Part shown: positions 48,628 through 58,344 of the stretch, in pieces
How the letters are laid out: every line of letters starts with the position of its first letter
How positions within the stretch are numbered: the first letter of the stretch is position 1
Program-made: the position numbers and the translations under genes
Source of the DNA: an uncultured delta proteobacterium
GTDB taxonomy: Bacteria; Myxococcota_A; Polyangia; Polyangiales; Polyangiaceae
Direction of reading: 5' to 3'
DNA length: 64,000 bases
Assembly: GCA_963841435.1 (NCBI GenBank)
Contig: CAWJCS010000004.1
Span: 608,001-672,000, forward strand
The notes under the pieces: generated by a model
What the model was told of the DNA's origin: nothing
What the model saw: only the letters and a program-made list of their open reading frames with translations
Database searches by the model: none

Positions 48628-48713
48628 AATCAAAGAAGACGAGAAGAACCCGAAAGTGTCCTCTTGTGAGGGAAGGTCACTCGGGTTAGCCTGGTAATCT
48701 TGGGAGGTTTGTC

Positions 48714-49085
48714 ATGATGCGATCTTGGTGGAGTGGAGGGGTCTGGCTGGTGCTCGTATCGGGTGGGAACGCGTGCTCGAACGCCGCGCCCGAATCGGTC
48801 GCTCAGGCGCCCGCGGTCGAAGGCGCGGTGGCACAAGAGCGCGTGTCCGCTTCGGACGTCGCGCGCACGGATGCGCTAAAGCGCGCCGTCCTGCCGCGGC
48901 TTTCGCGCTCCGGGCAGGGCTTGCAGATCGACACGACGCCGGCCGGCTCTCGCCGCATCGCGCTCGACGGCCGGTTCCGCTCCGTGCACGTGCTCACGCG
49001 CACGGGGGACGGCAAAAAGCGGGTGGATTGTGTCACGAGCCAAACGGAGCTTGCCGCTCGTCTCGCCCCGGGGGTCCGTCGATGA
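48714..49085 (+). CDS. Small lipoprotein resembling the partner proteins found upstream of PA-domain peptidases (post-PEP-CTERM-1-like)
   Basis: SD GGAGG; lipobox-like GNAC; LSRSGQGL...RIALDGRFRSVHVLTRTGDGKKRVDCV; ATGA overlap with the peptidase. Confidence 0.6.
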   Translation: MMRSWWSGGVWLVLVSGGNACSNAAPESVAQAPAVEGAVAQERVSASDVARTDALKRAVLPRLSRSGQGLQIDTTPAGSRRIALDGRFRSVHVLTRTGDGKKRVDCVTSQTELAARLAPGVRR

Positions 49086-51112
49086 GCCCGTGGCGAAGGG
49101 CGGCGCTCGGGCTGGTCGCGGGGTATGCCGTGCTGTGCGCGGAGTCGCCCGCGCGCGCGTCCGCGAAGTTCGTGCTCGAGATCGCGGATCCGACGGGCGT
49201 CGGGTTCAACGATCCCACGCCGGCCACGCCCGTCGGGGGCAACACGGGGACCAGCATTGGGGCTCAGCGGCGCCAGGCGTTCCAGTACGCGCTCGAACGT
49301 CTGGGGAAAGGTGCTCGACAGCCCGGTCACCATTCGCGTCTCAGCGAGCTTCGCTCCGCTCGAGTGCGACGCGACGCACGCCGTGCTCGGTCAGGCGGGG
49401 TCTTCGAGCTTCGAGTTCGACGTGCCCGGGCAGGACCCCAATCTCGTCTTTCCCGAGGCGCTCGCCGACCGAATCGCTGGCGTCAACCTCTGGCCCGGCG
49501 CTCCGGACATCGAGGCCGAGTTCAACGGGTCACTTCCAGAGTGCTTCCCCGATCTCGACTGGTACTACGGCCTCGACGCGACGGCGTTCGACGACAAGGC
49601 CGACCTCGTGATGACCGTTCTCCACGAGATCGGGCATGGCCTCGGCTTCGCGAGCACCGTCGACGACCAGACGGGTGAGTTTCTCGCGGTCGATCTCGCC
49701 GATCCGTTCACGGCTAAGCTCGTCAACGCTCAGACCGGCAAGCACTGGGACACCATGACGAATGCGGAGCGCCTCGTCTCCGAGAAGGCAATCCGGGGCC
49801 TCGTGTGGGGTGGAACGTACGGCAACGCGGCGGCCGCGACCTGGCTTGCGCCCGGCGCACCCCACATCCGGACGACGCCAGCCGTCGCGGGTCTACGCGA
49901 CGCCGTGATCGACGCGAACTTCGGCAGGTTGTTGAGTCAGGGCCCCGTTACGGGCGTGGTCGCGTCACCGATGCCGGCCGACGCGTGCGCGCCCGTGAGC
50001 GGCGTCAGCGGAGCGATCGCCGTGTTGCCCGACGCCGCGTGTCACCCGCTCAATCAGCTCGCTTTCGCGGAGGATGCCGGAGCAATCGCTGGGATCGTCG
50101 TGTCGAACCGCGCCCCGCCGCCGGCGCTCGACCAGTCCGCCGAGGACCTCGCGGTCGTGTCGACCAATCTGCTCACGCTCGGCATGTCCGAGGCCGACGC
50201 GGCCGTTCTACTGGCCGCGGGCCCGGTGACGGTGGAGCTCTACGCCGAGCCGAGCCAGCGTTCCGGCACCGACGCTGAAGGCCGCGTCTACATGTTCGCC
50301 GCGGATCCGACCTCGACGAGCGTTGCCTCGCATCTCGAGCCCGTGCTGCGCCCCGACGCCGTGCTCGAGCCGTCCCAGACGGCGAACATCCATCACGACG
50401 TAACGCTGGAGCGGGCGATGCTGCGCGATATCGGCTGGGAGGTGTCGTGCGGCAACGGCATGCTCGATCCCGGCGAGGCGTGTGACCTCGGGCCGGACAA
50501 TAGCGACACGGTGGCCGATCGCTGCAGAACGAGCTGCGAGCTTCCGAAATGCGGCGACGGTGTCGTGGACAGCGGCGAAGCATGCGACTCTACGGACACC
50601 GACGCCGGTTGCAATCCGGACTGCACGCTGCCCGTCTGCGGCGATGGCGTGGTCGGACCCGGCGAAGAGTGCGATCTCGGCCCGGGCAACAGCGACACGG
50701 CGCCCGATGCGTGCCGCACGAGCTGCAAGAAGGCCTTCTGCGGTGATGCCGTCGTCAACTCCGGCGAGGCGTGTGACGACGCGTTCACGCCGGATACCTG
50801 CCAGGGCTGTGTCGGCGTGGTCATCGCTGCGGGGACCGGGGGTGGCGCGGGCGTCGGGGGGCAAGGCGCGGCGGCCGGCGCTTCGGCGGCGGGCTCGGCC
50901 GGCACGGCGTCGGGCGGCGCGCCGGGCGCGGGTAGCGGCTCGACCGGCACGGGCGCCGGCGACGAGCCGAAGGACAACGGCGGATGTGGCTGCCAAGTCC
51001 CGGGCGCCGGCGCTCCCGTGGGATGGCGCGGCGCCCTCGTTCTTTCGCTCGCGCTCGCAGGGCTCACGCGTCGCCGGGCGGGGGCGCGGAGCACCGACCG
51101 GCCAAGCCGAGG

Positions 51113-51116
<4 letters not shown>
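49082..51116 (+). CDS. Secreted zinc metallopeptidase-like protein with PA domain, myxobacterial Cys repeats and MYXO-CTERM tail; apparent 1-nt frameshift at ~49296
   Basis: Signal and GFNDPTPATPVGGNTGT..AQRRQAF in one frame; VWGKVLDS...LHEIGHGLGF, PA region, CGNG/CGDG..GEACD repeats, GGCGC+TM+RRR in another; removing one A at 49296-49297 joins them. Confidence 0.85.
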
Positions 51117-52453
<1,337 letters not shown>

Positions 52454-52602
52454 CGTTCCGCTGTCGGTGAGAGGATGAGGGGTTGGTCGCTGGCCCCCGG
52501 GTCATGAAACCACCTGCGGCCCCCCGGCGCCAGGCTCGACGACCCGGTAAGCGAAACTCGCCCGTGCCCTCCGGCCGAGCGCCCGCAAGAAACTGGGCCA
52601 GG

Positions 52603-54240
52603 ATGGGCCGCCTTTGGCATCGAAGGCTGGTGGGTCCTCGATTCCTCAGTGCTCGACCCGGTTTTTCCGTTGGGCTGCTGCTCGTTGCCACGGCCTGCGC
52701 GGGGGTCGAGGGGCCTCCTGCTCCTGCCGCGATGCGCGTGAAGCCAGAAAATGGCGGGCCCGCGCTCGACGCCGACCAGTGGGCGCGCGTGCCGGTGCCT
52801 CCCGAAACCGGCCCGAAGCTTGCCCCGCTCGCGATGGTGGTCCCCGTACGGCGCCGTCCGCTGCCAAGCTCCGACGCAGTGGGATACCTACGCGTCGGGG
52901 CCCGGGTGGCGCGCTCGGAGAAGCCCGTCACGCTCGCCGAGTGCGCCGGAGGTTGGTACGCGGTGCGCCCGCTCGGGTTCGTGTGTGCCGGACCGGAAGC
53001 CACCGTCAAGCTCGACCACCCGATCGCGCGCGCGATCGGCGTCGAGCCCGATCGTGGCCGGCCGATGCCGTACAAGTACGCGTTTCTGCGCGCCATCGCG
53101 CCCAACTACCTCAAGGTGCCGAACACGGACGAGCAGCACAAGTACGAGATGCGCCTCGATCGCCATCTGAAAAACTGGAAAAAGCTCCGTGAGCAATGGG
53201 ATGCGCTCGACGTGGGCGCCAACGACGTACCGCTCGGCTCGGACGGTCTCGCCAAGGGTCGCATTCCCGACCACGCCGTGCCCATGGACGAAAGCGTGCG
53301 CTTCGGCGGCAAGGGGGACGATCGCGTGCCGTGGTGGCTCGAGGGTGGGCGCCGGATTCCGAATCTCTCTTCGTTCAAGGCGCCGCCCTACGCGGTCATC
53401 GCCGACCGCAGCCGGCGGCATGCGGGCATGGCGCTCATCGGCACCTTCGTGGCGGGGGATCGCGCCGAGCACCGTCGCTTCGCCGTCACGACGGACGCGC
53501 GCTTGGTGCCGGCCGACAAGCTCAAGGCGGACAGCGGCTCGCCGTTTCACGGCGGGGACATTCGCGACGTGGGGCTGCCCGTCGCGTTCGTTCGGTACCC
53601 GGGGGTAAGCTTCTGGTCCGTGCAGGGTGGCACCGTGGAGAAGGGCGCCCCGGCGGAGTTTCGCGCGCTCGTGCCGCTCACGGGCAACGTGCGCGGCTCG
53701 GGATCCTCGCGCCTCGTCGAGACGCGTGACGGTCGCTGGCTCAAGAGCGAGGAGCTCGGCACCGTTGCCAAGTCGAGCACGCTCCCGCCGTTCGCGAAGA
53801 AGGGCACGAAGTGGATCGACGTTTCGATCCAGAACCAGACCCTCGTGCTGTGGGAGGGCGATCGCCCGGTCTACGCCACGCTCGTGTCGACGGGACGCGA
53901 CGGCCTCGGCGATCCGAAGACGACCCACAGCACGCCGACCGGCACGTTCCGCGTCTATCAGAAGCACGTCACGACGACGATGGACTCGTCCGTTGCCGAC
54001 CACGAGTTCGAGCTTCGGGACGTGCCCTGGGTCCAGTATTTCAAGGGCGGCTACGCGCTGCATGCCGCCTACTGGCACGACGACTTCGGTCGCGCGCGCT
54101 CGCACGGGTGCATCAACCTTTCGCCGATCGACGCGCGCTACGCGTTCTTCTGGACGACGCCGACCGTGCCGGAGCACTGGCACGCGGCCTACGCCGGCGA
54201 GCCGTTCGAGTCGGGTACGATCGTCAACGTGCACCCGTAG
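52603..54240 (+). CDS. L,D-transpeptidase (YkuD domain) lipoprotein
   Basis: WIDVSIQNQTL, TLVSTG, TPTGTF, ALHAAYWHDDFGRARSHGCINL; start position uncertain. Confidence 0.9.
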   Translation: MGRLWHRRLVGPRFLSARPGFSVGLLLVATACAGVEGPPAPAAMRVKPENGGPALDADQWARVPVPPETGPKLAPLAMVVPVRRRPLPSSDAVGYLRVGARVARSEKPVTLAECAGGWYAVRPLGFVCAGPEATVKLDHPIARAIGVEPDRGRPMPYKYAFLRAIAPNYLKVPNTDEQHKYEMRLDRHLKNWKKLREQWDALDVGANDVPLGSDGLAKGRIPDHAVPMDESVRFGGKGDDRVPWWLEGGRRIPNLSSFKAPPYAVIADRSRRHAGMALIGTFVAGDRAEHRRFAVTTDARLVPADKLKADSGSPFHGGDIRDVGLPVAFVRYPGVSFWSVQGGTVEKGAPAEFRALVPLTGNVRGSGSSRLVETRDGRWLKSEELGTVAKSSTLPPFAKKGTKWIDVSIQNQTLVLWEGDRPVYATLVSTGRDGLGDPKTTHSTPTGTFRVYQKHVTTTMDSSVADHEFELRDVPWVQYFKGGYALHAAYWHDDFGRARSHGCINLSPIDARYAFFWTTPTVPEHWHAAYAGEPFESGTIVNVHP

Positions 54241-56578
54241 CTCGGGGCGCGGCGGCCTCGGTGGTCGGGTTCGACGCAGCCTCGGGCTCGCGATCGAACC
54301 AGGCGCGGGCGTCTTCGAACACCATGAGGCCGAGCAACACGGTGAGCATGACGAAGAGCACCACCGTCTCGAGATAAAAATGCAGGCCGAGGTCGGGGAC
54401 GGGGACCGTGAAGTACTGGAGGGCGCACATCAGCGTGAGCGTGAGCCAGATGCCCGCATCCAAGCGCGAAACGGGAGTGGGGCCGTCGGTCGTCGGGCGC
54501 CGCTCCGTTGCGAGCAGCGGTAGGAGGAACACGAAATGGATGTAGTAGTTGGCCGGATAGAGCAGCACCGGCACGAGGATCATCCCGAGCACGGCAGCCT
54601 GGTCGATGCGGCGGCGTCGGGCAGCAATCACCACGAGCGCGACGTAAAAAGCGGTCGCGAAGACGAACACGGGCATGCGAGCGCGCAAAACGCTGCCCTG
54701 GTTGCCCTCGGCTCCGGCGATGAGCGAGCGAAGGGCGATCGAGGCGGGGTGTGGATCGGCGGAGAGCTGGGAGAGCTTGTGCAGGCACTCGGGCCAAGCG
54801 CTCGGGGGCAACACCACGATCGAGAAAACGAAGGCTCCGAGGACGGCGGCGGCACCGCCCATGAGGACGTTCAGGGTCGCGCGCTCGCGCGCGAAGAGCT
54901 CGCGCAGCCCAGGGAGCTTGCGCGTCTGAACGACCTGTTCGGCCACGCGGAGCGCGGCCGGTAAGGCGGCACCCGCAAGCGCGAGGGCGGGAAACACGCG
55001 GATCATCGCCGAGAGGCCGAGCAGCGCGCCGCCGAGCGCGTAGCGCTCGGTGCGCAGGGCACATGCGGCAAAGCCGATGTACGCAAGCCAGTCGTGACGG
55101 AGCGTCGCGCCGCCCCAGTTCGTGCCGTACATGATGAAATCGTTGGCGCCGAACACCGTCATCGTGAGGAGCATCGTGCGTGGCCCGTACGCGCGGTAGA
55201 CGGCGCCGAACATGCCGACCAAGAGAAAGAGGTCGAGCAGGCCGAGCAGCGTGAAGCCTCCGTTGCTGGGTGGCGTCGCTCGAAATAAGAGGTGCGCGAT
55301 GCTCATCCACACGGGTGTCGCGTTGCCGCCGAAATCGCAGAGCATGTCGAGCCAGTGGGAGGTGCCCATGGCCTGGCGGAACCAGCGGTTGTCCTCCTTG
55401 AGCTCCGCCCAGCGCTCCTTGCTGAAGCCGTTCCGGATCGTTTCGATGCGTGCGATCTGCTCGGCCGGCGTGCTCATCCGGAGGGAGTGCAGGTCCCGCA
55501 TCGGAATGTTCTGAACGGCCTGGCGCCGCTCGGGGTGATCCTCGAGGTAGCTCGCGACGTCCGCCTCGTAGATGCCGCGGTAGCCGAGCTCCCTGAAGTA
55601 CTTCGCCGTCGTGTAGTACTGCCTGAGGTCGAGGTAGTGCGCGAACGTCCACTCGTCCCTGCCGCGGCTGTAAAACTGCGGCTGGCCCATGTTGTAAAAC
55701 GCGAGGACGCCCAGCACGCCCGTGATGCCGAGGGTCCCGATCACCGCGGCGCGAGCTGCGGGGTAGCGCCTGGGCGCAAACACCTCCCGCGCGACGGCGG
55801 CGGCGGCGATGGCGCCGAGCACGCCGCGGATCAGCGACACTTCCCGCGATTCGACCGGGAGCGCGTTGAAGAACGCGTGCGCGAAGTTCACGCTGCCGAG
55901 CGCGGCGAGAGCGAGCCCCGCGACGACCATACCCCGCCGCGAGCCGCGATGGATCAAGAGGAGCGGAGCGAGCATCGCAAGGCCGAACAGCGTCGTCGCG
56001 TCACGTAAGTGGGCGTCGAGCGATCCGACGCGCAGCTCCGGAACCTCGTTGGGAAACACGACCGGCGGGGTCGCGAACACCTCGAGCTCGCTGATGCCGA
56101 AGAAGCCGTCACCCGTCTTGGGCTGGATGCGCAGGTAGCGGCCCCGCCCATGAAGACCGGTGCTGGAGCGCGTGCGCAAGCCCCCGCTGCGGCTCGAGCT
56201 CGCGATCCAGAGGCTCTGGTAGGTCTTCCCGTCGCTCGAGATCAAAAGCTCGTAGGAGTCGTTGTTGTCGGCCTGCAACCAGGCCGCCGACACCCGCGTC
56301 TCGGTGCCGAGGTCGTAGTCGGCGAAGGATCCGCTGTCCTCGAAGGGTGTCGTCAGGGAGCCCTTCCAGCCGTCGCCTTCGCGCGCCTTCTGGCCGTCCG
56401 TCAGCGCGGCGACGCGGACGTGCAGATTCGTCCGAACGGGGAGCTTGCCGGCGAGCAGATTCCCCTCGCTCTCGGCGCGTGCCCGCCCCGGAAACAGAAC
56501 GACCACCACGAGGGCGAGCAGGGCGAGGAGCCGTCCGCCGCGCGACCACACCGCACCCGACACCTCACCGCAACGCAT
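54224..56578 (-). CDS. Discoidin/F5-8C-like domain fused to multi-TM GT-C (GT87-like) membrane protein
   Basis: Signal; ALTDG, DLG, QADNNDSY..SSDGKTY, GRYLRI, ISELEVF; then TMs with YYTTAKYFRELGY, DFGGNATPVW, LRHDW, IRVFP, NYY. Confidence 0.65.
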   Translation of the reverse strand: MRCGEVSGAVWSRGGRLLALLALVVVVLFPGRARAESEGNLLAGKLPVRTNLHVRVAALTDGQKAREGDGWKGSLTTPFEDSGSFADYDLGTETRVSAAWLQADNNDSYELLISSDGKTYQSLWIASSSRSGGLRTRSSTGLHGRGRYLRIQPKTGDGFFGISELEVFATPPVVFPNEVPELRVGSLDAHLRDATTLFGLAMLAPLLLIHRGSRRGMVVAGLALAALGSVNFAHAFFNALPVESREVSLIRGVLGAIAAAAVAREVFAPRRYPAARAAVIGTLGITGVLGVLAFYNMGQPQFYSRGRDEWTFAHYLDLRQYYTTAKYFRELGYRGIYEADVASYLEDHPERRQAVQNIPMRDLHSLRMSTPAEQIARIETIRNGFSKERWAELKEDNRWFRQAMGTSHWLDMLCDFGGNATPVWMSIAHLLFRATPPSNGGFTLLGLLDLFLLVGMFGAVYRAYGPRTMLLTMTVFGANDFIMYGTNWGGATLRHDWLAYIGFAACALRTERYALGGALLGLSAMIRVFPALALAGAALPAALRVAEQVVQTRKLPGLRELFARERATLNVLMGGAAAVLGAFVFSIVVLPPSAWPECLHKLSQLSADPHPASIALRSLIAGAEGNQGSVLRARMPVFVFATAFYVALVVIAARRRRIDQAAVLGMILVPVLLYPANYYIHFVFLLPLLATERRPTTDGPTPVSRLDAGIWLTLTLMCALQYFTVPVPDLGLHFYLETVVLFVMLTVLLGLMVFEDARAWFDREPEAASNPTTEAAAPRATGAR

Positions 56579-56629
56579 GCGCGGACCCTTTTTGCACGCC
56601 CGGCACTCGGGCGCCAGCCCGTTGGCCGC

Positions 56630-56953
56630 TCAGTGGCCGCCTTGAAGCACGGTGCGCACGCCGCTCGTCGTGCGGTCAACGACCTTCGCCGTCAGATCGA
56701 TCGCCTCCGAGTAGCGGTAGATCCCGGCTTGCAACGCGATCAGCGCGCCAGCGTCCATCGGCGCGTAGGCCGCGTGCCGCGCGCTGCTTACGAGCGCCTC
56801 GCCGTGGTCGATGGTGCTCGCGACGGTCTCGAGCACGCGTGCGAAGCTGGTGGCGCCCTCGCGCGACGCTTCGGCCGTGGCCATCGACTCGGAGGGGCCG
56901 TCACCTGGAGCGAGAGGAGCGGGTAGCGGCGCCCCGTCGAGCAATCGCAGCAT
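56630..56953 (-). CDS. Small protein resembling T3SS inner-rod/needle-type subunits
   Basis: SFARVL...MDAGALIALQAGIYRYSEAIDLTAKVVDRTTSGVRTVLQ. Confidence 0.5.
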   Translation of the reverse strand: MLRLLDGAPLPAPLAPGDGPSESMATAEASREGATSFARVLETVASTIDHGEALVSSARHAAYAPMDAGALIALQAGIYRYSEAIDLTAKVVDRTTSGVRTVLQGGH

Positions 56954-57154
56954 GCGGGGCTCATCGGCTCCCGGCCCCTCCGAGTTTCGCGTACCCCGGA
57001 CGCCCGCCGGGCGGCCAGTCAAAATGTTTCAATTATTCCGGAAGTTTATGATTTTGTCCCGGCCGCGAGGTGTGATCATCAGTTGCAGACCGAGTCGGGG
57101 TCTGCTCCTCTCCCCGCTCCCAACCCCCCTTTCTGCCCTAGGAATCGACAGCTC

Positions 57155-58318
57155 ATGGCGCGCCTTACCGACCACATCGTGTTCAACGACCAGAAACTCG
57201 CTCGCCGCTACGCGAGCAAGGCGATCCCCATGGCGACGCTCTACGAAGCGTACTTCGACGGCGCCGTCGACATCCCGGGCGACATCTACGCGCTGCTCAA
57301 GGAGCGTTCCGGCCTGGTCAGCTGGTCGCTCACGAAGGAGCACCTGCGCTGGGCGGTCACGAACTTCATTCCCGAGGTGACCATCCACTCGAAGGAGCAG
57401 GATCGCCGCATCGTGCGCGAGCACTACGACCGCGGCAACGACTTCTTCGGCTGGTTCTTGGGCGAGCGCATGGTTTACACGAGCGGGTTCTTCGAGAACG
57501 AGGCGCAGACGCTCGAGCAGGCTCAAGACAACAAGATGAACCTCGTCTGCAGGAAGCTGCAGCTCGAGGCGGGCGAGCGGCTGCTCGACATCGGTTGCGG
57601 CTGGGGCACGTTGACGCGCCACGCCGCGGTGAATTTCGGCGCCGACGCCACGGGAGTCACCATCGCGGAGCGGCAGACCGAGTTCGGCAACGAGCGCATC
57701 CGCCAGGCCGGCGTCGCGGATCGCGCACGCGTCTTGTGCTGTGATTACCGAGATATCCCGCGTCAGCGCTTCAACAAGATCTCGAGCCTCGAGATGGTGG
57801 AGCACGTGGGCGTCAAGAACCTCGTCAGCTTCTACGAGCTCGTACGCGACCTGCTCGAGGACGACGGGCTCTTCCTCCTCCAGTGGACGGGCTTGCGCCG
57901 CGGCCTCCGCCCCGAAGACATGATCTGGGGCTTGTTCATGAACAAGTACGTCTTCCCTGGCGCGGACGCGAGCCTTTGCCCGTCGGCCATGCTCAAGGCG
58001 ATGGAGAAGGCCGGCTGGGAGACGCACAGCGTCGAGAACATCAGCATCCACTACGGATTTACGATCAAGCGCTGGCACGACAACTGGCTTTCGAACCGCG
58101 ACGCGGTGGTCGCAGCCTACGGCGAGCGCTGGTTCCGCATCTGGCACTTCTTCCTGGCTTGGTCGGTGATCATCGCCGAGCAGGGCAACGCCGCCTGCTT
58201 CCAGGTCGTCCTCAACAAGAACCTCGATGCGTTCGACAGGACGCGTTGGGTAAAGAAGAACGCCACGGTGCTGGGCGACCGCGCAGCATTCTCGCCTCGC
58301 CAAGTCGCCGCGGAGTGA
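57155..58318 (+). CDS. CFA-synthase-family lipid methyltransferase, sphingolipid C9-methyltransferase-like
   Basis: HYDRGNDFFGWFLGERMVYTSG, LLDIGCGWG, DYRD, LEMVEHVG, EDMIWGLFMNKYVFPGADAS, YGERWFRIW. Confidence 0.85.
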   Translation: MARLTDHIVFNDQKLARRYASKAIPMATLYEAYFDGAVDIPGDIYALLKERSGLVSWSLTKEHLRWAVTNFIPEVTIHSKEQDRRIVREHYDRGNDFFGWFLGERMVYTSGFFENEAQTLEQAQDNKMNLVCRKLQLEAGERLLDIGCGWGTLTRHAAVNFGADATGVTIAERQTEFGNERIRQAGVADRARVLCCDYRDIPRQRFNKISSLEMVEHVGVKNLVSFYELVRDLLEDDGLFLLQWTGLRRGLRPEDMIWGLFMNKYVFPGADASLCPSAMLKAMEKAGWETHSVENISIHYGFTIKRWHDNWLSNRDAVVAAYGERWFRIWHFFLAWSVIIAEQGNAACFQVVLNKNLDAFDRTRWVKKNATVLGDRAAFSPRQVAAE

Positions 58319-58344
58319 TGCGGTCCTGGGCGCGCGGCCCAGGG

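Noticed and set aside
48117-48669. ORFs 48117..48629, 48132..48464 and 48310..48669 as genes
   Set aside because: Arg/Ala-rich, no motifs or clear RBS; not supportable.
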